Shown in pieces: positions 20,813-29,350 of a stretch of DNA of 64,000 bases (the first letter of the stretch is position 1; every line of letters begins with the position of its first letter). A program made the translations under genes and the position numbers. The stretch is from Deltaproteobacteria bacterium (GTDB lineage Bacteria > Desulfobacterota > Binatia > HRBIN30 > JACQVA1). A model generated the notes under the pieces. It worked only from the letters and a program-made list of their open reading frames with translations, was not told the DNA's origin and searched no databases. The DNA lies in contig JACQVA010000008.1 in NCBI GenBank assembly GCA_016210005.1, positions 10,625-74,624 on the forward strand, in the 5' to 3' direction.

Positions 20813-21320
20813 CATGCAGTGCGAGAGCCGCCAATGGTTTGTGGTGCGCACCAAGGTGCGCCGCGAGGAGTACGCCGAATGGCAGCTGGCGCGGCGTGGG
20901 GTGCATACGTTCTTGCCGCGTATCTGCGAGAGTGTGCGCGCCGGAATCCATTCGGTGGTTGGCCCGCTGTTCCCGGGCTACCTGCTTGTCCAGATAGATC
21001 TTGAGACCCAGTATTTCGACGTAGTGTGGACGCCCGGAGTCAACAAGTTCGTGGCGTTCGGTGGTGTGCCGTGTCCGCTAGAAGACGCGGTGGTGGAATA
21101 TTTGCGCGCACGCGCCGGGGCCGACGGGGTCATCCATGCTTACCCCGTGTTCCGGCAGGGGGACCGGGTGCGAGTGAAGTACGGACCGTTCGTGGGACTC
21201 GAGGGCATCATCGAGAGTCACGCGAGCGGGCGCGGTCGGGTGCGGATACTGATGGAGCTGCTGCGGCGGCAGACGTGCGTAGAGCTGCCGCAGGAGTTCG
21301 TCGACCGCATGCCGGCGTAG
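20813..21320 (+). CDS. NusG-family transcription antiterminator paralog (RfaH/UpxY-like).
   Basis: N-terminus MQCESRQWFVVRTKVRREE (NGN domain); KOW motif FRQGDRVRVKYGPFVGLEGII. Confidence 0.75.
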
Positions 21321-21321
21321 C

Positions 21322-21356
21322 CGGCCGCGCACAGCATCTGCTGTCGCGGCCGGCAT
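21322..21356 (+). promoter_or_regulatory. Long GC-rich hairpin immediately after the NusG-like gene.
   Basis: ccggccgcgcacagca-tc-tgctgtcgcggccgg: a stem of about 15 bp with one bulge and no U-tract. It lies in the 63-bp gap before the next gene. Confidence 0.45.
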
Positions 21357-21383
21357 TGGCAATGGAGTTCTAGACTCCGCGGG

Positions 21384-23273
21384 GTGGGCCAGAACGGGCC
21401 TTATGGGCGGAGCTATATCCGCCGGCCATGGCAAAGGCAGTACGAAAGGATAATCGTGACATCCGATTCGAGTGATTCAGTGGTGGGGCAGCTGATTGCC
21501 GGCCTCCTTGGTGGGGCGGTTGGTGGGGCTTTGATTGGCCTCGGGGAGGTGGCGCTGATCGTCTTCACGAGCGCTCCGCCGGAGGAGTATTGGCTGGTTC
21601 CTTACGCGGTGATTGCATACGGATCGCTTGGGCTGGTGTTAGCGGCGGGCGGCGCGCTGGTGCGACTGGTGGCCGTGCGCGCTGGCTCGGCAGCGGCTGG
21701 CTTTTCCGCTGGCGTGGCGATCGCTGTGGCGCTGCTGCTGATGGTCGTCGGCCGCTACCACGTCATCCAGCGCGTTTTCCACGAGGAGTTGGTGACCGCC
21801 TCGCCGGCCGGTCTCGGGGTTCACGCAGGGATCGTGACCGGCGGTGTAGTCATCGCCTGGTTGATCGCACGGCTTTGCCGCTTGCTCTACAGCGGCGGGC
21901 GAATGGGTGGTGCGTTTGCGACCCTCGCGCTGTTGCTCGCGGGCAGTGTCGGGCTGGCGTTGGCGACCGCGCCGACCGCGCCAGCCGCAGCCGCTGGGCG
22001 TAAGTCCACCGCCAGCGGGCCGAACGTGATCTTCATCGTGCTGGACACGTTGCGGGCGGATGCGCTGAGCTGTTACGGCGGCAAGGCCGGACAGACCCCG
22101 GCGCTGGATGCGTTTGCGCGCGATGGCGTGCTATTCGAGCACGCCTACGCCCAATCCAGTTGGACACGGCCATCGATCGCCAGCATGCTTACCGGTGTCT
22201 ATCCTTCGGTCCACGGTGCCGTCCATAAGATGGACATGCTGCCGGAGCGGGCGTTGACGCTGGCGGAGGTCTTCGCTGCGGCCGGATACTGGACCGCGGG
22301 AATTGTGACCAATATCAATGTGGCCCCGATCTTCAATTTCCAGCAAGGCTTCGGCGAATATCACTACCTGGAGCCGGAATTCTACTTCTGGGCGACCGAC
22401 TCGGCCACTCGCCTGGCCATCTACAAGGGCCTGCGCACCGCTCGCGAGCGCTTGGGCGCGAGCCGCATGTACTTCTATAACTACTACCAGGACGCCGAAG
22501 TGGTTGGGCAGGCGGTGGGCAAGTGGCTGGAGCAGCGGCCGCCGCAGCCGTTCTTCCTGCTCATTCACTACATGGATCCGCACGACCCGTTCTTCGCCAT
22601 TCCGTACAACGGCTACGGCATCGCCCGGGCCAATACCCCGTCACCACCCGCGTCGCGCCGGGCCGAAGTGCACGACCTTTACTTGCAAGACGTTTCCTAT
22701 CTCGATACCCACCTCGGCCGCTTGTTCGATCAGCTGCGCCAGCTCAAGCTCTATGACGACAGCGTTATCGCCATCGTCGCAGATCATGGTGAGGAGTTCT
22801 TGGAGCACGGTGGCTGGTGGCACGGCACCACGTTGTATGAGGAAGGCGTGCGCGTGCCGCTGCTCATCAAGCGGGCCCGTGAAGCGAACTCCGGGACGCG
22901 ACGGAGCGAAATCGCTCGCACCATCGACGTTGCGTCTACGATGGTGGCGGCAGCCGGTATGGCGGTACCGGAGCGGTTCATGGGCCGTGACCTGTTCGGC
23001 TCGGTGGCTGGGGAGCCGCTGTACGCGGAGGAGGATCTTGAAGGCAACGTCCTGGCATCTATCCGGGTTGGCAATTGGAAGCTCATCACCGCTAATCCCG
23101 GCAATCCGCGCGGGTTGGCTCCGGTAGAGATGTACGATCTGGGCGCTGACCCAGCGGAGCAGACCAACCGCGCCGCCAGCGAACCTGCCCGGGCGGCTTC
23201 GTTGCTGGAGGAGCTGGGTCGGATGCGGGCCCGCATCGCTGAGGGGCGAGCGCTTCGTCAAAGGCAGGGCTAA
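21384..23273 (+). CDS. Membrane-anchored sulfatase-like (alkaline-phosphatase superfamily) hydrolase/transferase.
   Basis: N-terminal multi-TM region, then NVIFIVLDTLRADALSCYGG. The active-site block SSWTRPSIASMLTG has Thr in the position of the sulfatase Cys/Ser and lacks the conserved Arg. Confidence 0.75.
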   Translation: MGQNGPYGRSYIRRPWQRQYERIIVTSDSSDSVVGQLIAGLLGGAVGGALIGLGEVALIVFTSAPPEEYWLVPYAVIAYGSLGLVLAAGGALVRLVAVRAGSAAAGFSAGVAIAVALLLMVVGRYHVIQRVFHEELVTASPAGLGVHAGIVTGGVVIAWLIARLCRLLYSGGRMGGAFATLALLLAGSVGLALATAPTAPAAAAGRKSTASGPNVIFIVLDTLRADALSCYGGKAGQTPALDAFARDGVLFEHAYAQSSWTRPSIASMLTGVYPSVHGAVHKMDMLPERALTLAEVFAAAGYWTAGIVTNINVAPIFNFQQGFGEYHYLEPEFYFWATDSATRLAIYKGLRTARERLGASRMYFYNYYQDAEVVGQAVGKWLEQRPPQPFFLLIHYMDPHDPFFAIPYNGYGIARANTPSPPASRRAEVHDLYLQDVSYLDTHLGRLFDQLRQLKLYDDSVIAIVADHGEEFLEHGGWWHGTTLYEEGVRVPLLIKRAREANSGTRRSEIARTIDVASTMVAAAGMAVPERFMGRDLFGSVAGEPLYAEEDLEGNVLASIRVGNWKLITANPGNPRGLAPVEMYDLGADPAEQTNRAASEPARAASLLEELGRMRARIAEGRALRQRQG

Positions 23274-23280
23274 GGCGCGC

Positions 23281-24939
23281 ATGTTACTGATCTTCGGTCT
23301 CGACGGCGCCACCCTCGAGCTGGTGCGACCATTGGCCGACAAGGGCCTGCTGCCAAACTTGCAGCGGCTGTTTGGTGCCGGTGCCTGGGGGCCGCTGCAA
23401 TCGACGGTGCCGCCGGCCACCTTTCCAGCGTGGACGACGTTCATGACCGGCGTCAACCCGGGGCGGCATGGGATCTTTGATTTCACCCGCCGCGTTAGCG
23501 GCCGGTACGCGGTCGAGTTCGTCAACGGTAGCTTCCGCAAGGTCCCGACAGTGTGGAACCGCCTCAGTGCTGCGGGCAAGCGTGTCGCCGTGCTCGGTGT
23601 GCCGGGAACGTATCCACCCGAGCCGCTGAACGGGTGCATGATTAGCGGCTTCGATACACCGGTGACCGTGAGAGCCGACGCCTCGTTTGTCTACCCGCCG
23701 GAGTTGGCGCCGCTAGTCGAGGCCAGCGGCGGCTTCCCATTTGCCGACTTCCAGGAGTTCCGCGTCGATCGGCAGTGGTACCGCGAGGCCTTGCGCGGGC
23801 TGCTGCAGGGTGTTGCGACCAAGGCGCGACTGGCGACGCGCATATTGCGGCGCGAGCGTTGGGACTGCGCGATGGTGTTGTTCGGCGAGTCCGATACCGT
23901 GGCGCACCACTTCTGGCGCCATTGCGACCCCGCCTCGCCGCGCTTCGACGAGAGCGGTGCCGCCGAGTTTGGCGGCGCGATTCGGAGCGTGTATGCGGCC
24001 CTCGATTCGGCCATTGGCGACTTGATCGAGGCGAGCCAGCCCGATGCGGTGCTGGTGTGCTCGGACCACGGCTTCGGCGGTGCGGCTACGATTGCCGTGC
24101 ACTTGAACCGGCAGCTTGAGCAAGCGGGACTGCTGCGCTGGCGCCAGGGCGGCGTGATGGCGCGTGGCGCCGCTATCGGAAAACGGCATCTGCTGCAATG
24201 GATGCCGGCGCGAATGCAGGCGCGCTGCTTTCGGCTCGCTGGTGGGCGTGTGGCAGGGGCGGTCGAGTCGGCGGCCCGATTCGGCGCTATTGATTGGGAG
24301 CACACACAGGCCTTTTCGGAAGAACTGAATTACTTCCCCTCCGTCTGGCTAAACCTCCGCGACCGGGAGCGGCAGGGAACGGTGGCCGCGGGGCAGTACG
24401 AGCAGGTGTGCGCGGCAGTTACGGCAGTGCTGCGTCAGTTGCGAGACCCGGATACGGGTGCAGCGGTTGTCGAGCGAGTGTGGCGGCGCGACCAGGTGTA
24501 TGAGGGGCCGTGGGTACACCAGGCGCCGGACTTGATCATCGAGTTCGCACTCAAGGACGGCTATTCGTACACCTGCCTGCCCAGTCACGGCGCCGGTGCG
24601 CCGCTGCGGCGAATGTCGAGTGCAGAGGTCGCCGGCGGTAAGCTCAGCGGCCTCAGCGGTAGCCATCGGCGCGATGGCCTGTTTGCGCTGGTGGGTCCGG
24701 TGACACAGGGAGTCTTTCACGGGGCAACCATCGCCGACATGACCCCAACAATTCTCGCCCTCTGCGGCGTGGCGGTTCCAGAGGGGCTCGATGGGCGGGT
24801 TCTGTCGTGCGTCGCCGGGCGATTCACGAAAGCAGTCGCCGGTGGAGAGGATCCGCCGTCCGAGGCAGAGATCGGGTACGACCCGGCGCAGGAGCGCATC
24901 GTGGAGGATCGGCTGCGGGCGCTGGGATATATCGAATGA
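23281..24939 (+). CDS. Alkaline phosphatase family protein of the type I phosphodiesterase / nucleotide pyrophosphatase type.
   Basis: N-terminus MLLIFGLDGATLELV...PATFPAWTTFMTGVNPGRHGIFDF. Confidence 0.7.
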   Translation: MLLIFGLDGATLELVRPLADKGLLPNLQRLFGAGAWGPLQSTVPPATFPAWTTFMTGVNPGRHGIFDFTRRVSGRYAVEFVNGSFRKVPTVWNRLSAAGKRVAVLGVPGTYPPEPLNGCMISGFDTPVTVRADASFVYPPELAPLVEASGGFPFADFQEFRVDRQWYREALRGLLQGVATKARLATRILRRERWDCAMVLFGESDTVAHHFWRHCDPASPRFDESGAAEFGGAIRSVYAALDSAIGDLIEASQPDAVLVCSDHGFGGAATIAVHLNRQLEQAGLLRWRQGGVMARGAAIGKRHLLQWMPARMQARCFRLAGGRVAGAVESAARFGAIDWEHTQAFSEELNYFPSVWLNLRDRERQGTVAAGQYEQVCAAVTAVLRQLRDPDTGAAVVERVWRRDQVYEGPWVHQAPDLIIEFALKDGYSYTCLPSHGAGAPLRRMSSAEVAGGKLSGLSGSHRRDGLFALVGPVTQGVFHGATIADMTPTILALCGVAVPEGLDGRVLSCVAGRFTKAVAGGEDPPSEAEIGYDPAQERIVEDRLRALGYIE

Positions 24940-26231
24940 ACGGCAGTCGCACAGGTTATCGAATTGCCATGGTGGCGGCTTGCCCGTTTCCCAGCCTGCG
25001 CGGTTCGCAGGTGCTGATTCGGGAATTGGCAGAAGCTCTGGCGGCAGCGGGCCACGAAGTTCACGTTGTTGCCTATCCTGCCGGAGAGCATCTGGTTCCG
25101 GTCAAGGGCATGGCTATCCACCGAGCCCGGACCTGGTGGGGGTTGGATGGATGCGGCTCGTGGTGGGCGAAGTTGGTGCTCGACGTGGCGTTGATACTCG
25201 CCCTCTACCGGGTTGTGCGCGCGCACGCGATCGACGTAATTCACGCTCACAACTATGAGGGTCCGCTGGTGGGTTACGCGGTACGGTGGTTGTTGGGTAC
25301 GCCGGTCGTGTACCACACTCACAATGCTATGGCAGACGAACTGCCTTACTACTTCCAGGGATCGTTGGCGTCCCGGTTGGCTCGCCGGTTCGGATCGTTG
25401 CTGGACAGGGTGGTGCCGTTGGGCGCGGATCATTGTCTGGCCCTCACCGATGAATTGAGTGGGTATCTGCGGCGAAAAGGGGTGCCGCGGCCGCGAATTA
25501 CGGTGGTACCACCTGCCATCAGCCAGCCGGCGGCTGGGGGTCTGTCCGCTTCACGTCTGTTTCCGCACAATGAAGTGGTCTTGTACGCTGGGAACATCGA
25601 CCCATACCAGGGAATCGACGTCTTATTGCTGGCTTACGCCCGTTTGCGCGAGCGCCGCCCCGGTGTCCTGTTGGTCATTGCGGCGCATCCGGCGAAGGCG
25701 CCGGCGGTTCGCGGGCGGCTGGCAGAGCTGGCGCAGTTGCCTGGCGTCCGCGTGGTGATGGCGCAAACGTTTGGGGCAACTCGGCCGATCCTGAACCGTG
25801 CGGACGTGGTTGTGTGCTGTCGCTCGTCTTGGTCTGGATTTCCAATCAAATTGCTGAATTTCATGTCTTTTGGCCGTGCAATCGTGGTATGTAAGAGTGC
25901 GGCGAAGGCGGTCAGCGACGGGGTAAGCGGAGTGGTGGTGCCCGATGAGGACGACAAAGCGATGGCCGATGCGATTGAGATGCTTCTTGCGGATGGCCAG
26001 CGCAGGGCGGAGTTGGGGGCTGCCGCTCGGAGGGCGGTGCAAAGGGGCCACAGCTGGGCAGTCGCTGTGTCACTGATCGAGACGGTGTACGCGGGGGTCG
26101 TCGGGGATGACTCAGCTGGTGGGATAGATGGCGAAAAACGGCGGTTCGGGGGTGTGCAAAATCACTTGATGGCGTCGACCGAAGATCGTATAAGCCCGCG
26201 GGCGCAGACCCGGAGGACCGGGAGCGAATGA
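24936..26231 (+). CDS. Glycosyltransferase family 4.
   Basis: The start overlaps the upstream stop (ATGA). N-terminal block IAMVAACPFPSLRGSQVLIRELAEALAAAGHEVHVV and a GT4 C-terminal domain. Confidence 0.8.
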   Translation: MNGSRTGYRIAMVAACPFPSLRGSQVLIRELAEALAAAGHEVHVVAYPAGEHLVPVKGMAIHRARTWWGLDGCGSWWAKLVLDVALILALYRVVRAHAIDVIHAHNYEGPLVGYAVRWLLGTPVVYHTHNAMADELPYYFQGSLASRLARRFGSLLDRVVPLGADHCLALTDELSGYLRRKGVPRPRITVVPPAISQPAAGGLSASRLFPHNEVVLYAGNIDPYQGIDVLLLAYARLRERRPGVLLVIAAHPAKAPAVRGRLAELAQLPGVRVVMAQTFGATRPILNRADVVVCCRSSWSGFPIKLLNFMSFGRAIVVCKSAAKAVSDGVSGVVVPDEDDKAMADAIEMLLADGQRRAELGAAARRAVQRGHSWAVAVSLIETVYAGVVGDDSAGGIDGEKRRFGGVQNHLMASTEDRISPRAQTRRTGSE

Positions 26232-26932
26232 AGAACGCTGTCGTGAAACGTGTTGGACTGGCGCTCGCGTTAGTCGTGATGATGGGGTGTGGCCGCGCTC
26301 GCTCCACCCCGCCCGTGCCGTTGCCGGCTCTGGATGCTTCTGCTCCGGAGGCGAAGACGGCTAGCGAATACCTGATTCAGCCGGGTGACACGTTGCGAGT
26401 GAAGTTCCTCTATCACCCCGATTTGGATGTAAGGCTACCCGTGCGCCCTGACGGCAACATCTCCCTACAAATGACCGGCGATATCGCGGCGGCAGGGATG
26501 AGCGCGAACCATCTGGCGGAGGTTATCCGGGAGCGCTCAGGCGATCGGCTGCGTGACCCCGAGGTGACGGTGATTGTGGCCGAAATCGGCGAGCAAAAGG
26601 TCTATGTTGGCGGCGAAGTGCGACTACCCGGCTTCGTTCCCTATAGGTCCGGTTTGACGCCGCTGCAAGCGATCCTGGATCGTGGCGGGTTTACCGACAC
26701 CGCCCGCGCCGACAGTGTCGTGCACCTGATGGTTGGAGAGAAGGACTACCAGGCCACGCGCCTGGATCTTACGAAAGTGCTCGAAGGCGAACCCGAGTCC
26801 GTGCAGCTAGCAGCCCGCGACATGCTCTACGTGCCGCGAACGACAATTGGTGACATGAACTCGTTTGTTGACCTCTATGTCCGGCGCTTGCTGCCGATCC
26901 CGCCGCGGGTGGGTGTGGGTTTTTCGCCGTGA
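26228..26932 (+). CDS. Polysaccharide export (Wza-like) outer-membrane lipoprotein.
   Basis: Lipobox LALALVVMMGCG; the poly_export motif IQPGDTLRVKF..PDGNISL; and a SLBB-like region. Confidence 0.8.
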   Translation: MKNAVVKRVGLALALVVMMGCGRARSTPPVPLPALDASAPEAKTASEYLIQPGDTLRVKFLYHPDLDVRLPVRPDGNISLQMTGDIAAAGMSANHLAEVIRERSGDRLRDPEVTVIVAEIGEQKVYVGGEVRLPGFVPYRSGLTPLQAILDRGGFTDTARADSVVHLMVGEKDYQATRLDLTKVLEGEPESVQLAARDMLYVPRTTIGDMNSFVDLYVRRLLPIPPRVGVGFSP

Positions 26933-26953
26933 CGGCACTGTGAGTTCATCAGC

Positions 26954-28564
26954 ATGGCAGACGAAATTCAAAGACCGCGAAACGGTACAGGTCATGGCAA
27001 TGGGCACGGCAATACCAACGCCCACGGCAATGGTAACATCCATGGCAACGGTAATGCGCACGGCAACGCTAACGGCTACGGAGGTGGTGGCGGACGGATA
27101 TTGACGGGCGGCGAGCAGTTGCGCGAAGTGCTGCATGTGTTGTTCAAGCGCTGGCGGATGATCGCGGCGCTCTTTGTGGTGGTGGCCTTACCGGGCTTGG
27201 CCGTGTCGACGTGCAGCAAGCCCAAGTACGTGGCCACCGCCAAGGTCCTCATTACCACCCAGCGGGGCGACGCCACCGTTCAGCCAACCGATCTGACGAA
27301 GGTGTCTACCCTGGACTTGAACGAGTCGGCCGTGAACTCGGAAGTGCACATCATTCGTAGCCGGCAGATGTTGGATCACGTTGTTCGCGGGCTGACCTAT
27401 GGCGATAGCAACGGCGACGCGCGGATTGAAAACGTTAGCCTGCAGAATAACGGGGCGGATTTGGGACTGAAGGTGATGGCGCTTGAGCAGGCGCTCGTTG
27501 TAACCCCGATCAAGTCTTCTAACGTTATCCAAATCGACTACAAGGCCCAGAGGCCGGAGACCGCGGCGCAGGTGGTCAATCGTGTGGTTGACGAGTACCT
27601 CGCGTTTCACGCCGAGGTGCACGGCAACAAGAACCTTTCGCACTTCTACGAAGAGCAGCGCCGGGATCTGGAGAAGCGCTTGCGTGTGTCCGAGGACGCC
27701 CTCAAGGAATTCGCGGATCGCGAGGGCATTTCCTCGCCGCGCGAGGAGATTCAGGCCGCGGTCCGCGCGGTGGCTGAGCTCGACACCGCGATGCGGGAGA
27801 TCAATGCGAGCATCAACGGAGCCGAGGAGAAGATGCGGATAGTCCAGCAGCAGTTTGCGGATCAACCACCGATCATCAAGCGCTATCAGTATCTCGAGGT
27901 TAACCCGGTTGTTACCCAGCTGACGCAGCAGTTGGTTGATCGGCAGATCGATCGCGTCAGCCTATTGCGCCGGTACACCGACAAGGATCGCCACGTGCGC
28001 GACAATGCCGAGGAGATCGGCGAGTTACAGGACCAGCTGGACGAGGAGCTGCGAGATCACCCAACGGTGGTGGCGCGCCAGATGTTGCGGACCAACCCAG
28101 TGCGTGAGGATCGCTTGCGGCTGATGCTGGACCTGGAGAGCTCGCTCAAGGAGCTGCGGGCGCGCCGCGCCACGCTGGAAGAGGAAACGGTTCGTGGCAA
28201 TCGCCGGCTGATTTCATTGCGGCAGAAGACGCTGGAGTACGATCGGCTCGATCAAGAAGTGAAGAACCGCCGTGACACCTTCGAGCTCTACGTTAAGCGC
28301 GAACAGGAAGCCCGCATCAGCGAGGCAATGGATCAGGAGCGGCTGGTAAACGTTGACGTGGTACAGCGGCCGGCACTGCCGCTGCCGCGCACCGACAGCC
28401 AGCGGACTTCGGTGTTTCTGTCGCTGATTTCGGGCCTGGCAGTGAGTTTTGGGGCTGCCTTCGGGCTCGAATACCTCAATCGCTCGCTGCGCTCGGAGTA
28501 CGATGTCGAGCAGCACCTGGGATTGCCGCTGCTTGGCAGCATTAACGACTATTCGCAAGCCTGA
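26954..28564 (+). CDS. Chain-length determinant (Wzz/GumC-like, PEP-CTERM-locus type) protein with an N-terminal His-Gly-Asn repeat tail.
   Basis: Repeat stretch HGNGHGNTNAHGNGNIHGNGNAHGNANGYGGGGG, followed by a TM segment, a long coiled-coil periplasmic domain and a C-terminal TM. Confidence 0.8.
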   Translation: MADEIQRPRNGTGHGNGHGNTNAHGNGNIHGNGNAHGNANGYGGGGGRILTGGEQLREVLHVLFKRWRMIAALFVVVALPGLAVSTCSKPKYVATAKVLITTQRGDATVQPTDLTKVSTLDLNESAVNSEVHIIRSRQMLDHVVRGLTYGDSNGDARIENVSLQNNGADLGLKVMALEQALVVTPIKSSNVIQIDYKAQRPETAAQVVNRVVDEYLAFHAEVHGNKNLSHFYEEQRRDLEKRLRVSEDALKEFADREGISSPREEIQAAVRAVAELDTAMREINASINGAEEKMRIVQQQFADQPPIIKRYQYLEVNPVVTQLTQQLVDRQIDRVSLLRRYTDKDRHVRDNAEEIGELQDQLDEELRDHPTVVARQMLRTNPVREDRLRLMLDLESSLKELRARRATLEEETVRGNRRLISLRQKTLEYDRLDQEVKNRRDTFELYVKREQEARISEAMDQERLVNVDVVQRPALPLPRTDSQRTSVFLSLISGLAVSFGAAFGLEYLNRSLRSEYDVEQHLGLPLLGSINDYSQA

Positions 28565-28585
28565 GCGCTGCGCTGGGGCGACCAC

Positions 28586-29326
28586 TTGAGCAAGATCTAC
28601 GAAGCGCTGAAGAAGGCGGAAGAAGAGCGCGAACGCGTGCGCTGGACCGAGCCGGCGCCGGGCGCAGGGGGCGCCGAGCCCGCGTCGCCGCTCGCGCTGC
28701 CGCCCACCGATGTCGTCGCCGAGGATTACCAGCGGCTTCGGGCCAGCTTGGTCTCCGGACTGAGCCCCTCCGCGTTGCACACGATCTTGGTTGCTTCTGC
28801 GCGCCATGGCGAGGGCGCCAGTACGGTTGCCATCGGTTTGGCCACTGCTCTCGCCAAGGAGCGTGAGACGCGGGTGCTGCTGGTGGAAGGCAACTTGCGC
28901 CTGCCCAGTCTGGCCCGGATGCTGCCGGTTGCCCCTAACGGGGGCGTGAGCGATTTCATCAGTGGGCAACGCTCCGCCGAGTCGGTTGTGACCCGAGTGG
29001 ATGCGCTCAACCTGTCGGTGATTGTGGCAGGTAACCATGCGCGCGGTAGCATCGACCTCGAACAGATCAGCGCGCTGCTGGCACGGCTGCGCCCGCAGTT
29101 CGATTTCATTGTGATCGACGCGCCGCCGGTTAACCGCTATGCCGACGCATCAATCTTGGCCCCCAAAGTTGACGGCGTTATCTTGGTTGTGGAAGCTGAC
29201 CGTACGCCGTTGACCGAGGCCGAGACCGCTAAGCGACAGCTCGACAAAGTCGACGCGCGTATTCTCGGCGTCGTGCTAAACCGGCGCCGCTCATACATCC
29301 CGGCCTTTCTCGAAAGCTTGCTGTGA
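28586..29326 (+). CDS. BY-kinase-like (tyrosine autokinase family) protein with a degenerate Walker A motif.
   Basis: The P-loop region SARHGEGASTVAIGLA has GEGAST instead of GEGKST. Walker B IVIDAPP is present. The C-terminus has a single Tyr and no Tyr cluster. Confidence 0.7.
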   Translation: MSKIYEALKKAEEERERVRWTEPAPGAGGAEPASPLALPPTDVVAEDYQRLRASLVSGLSPSALHTILVASARHGEGASTVAIGLATALAKERETRVLLVEGNLRLPSLARMLPVAPNGGVSDFISGQRSAESVVTRVDALNLSVIVAGNHARGSIDLEQISALLARLRPQFDFIVIDAPPVNRYADASILAPKVDGVILVVEADRTPLTEAETAKRQLDKVDARILGVVLNRRRSYIPAFLESLL

Positions 29327-29350
29327 TCTTCTTGTGGTAAGCGGATTGAC

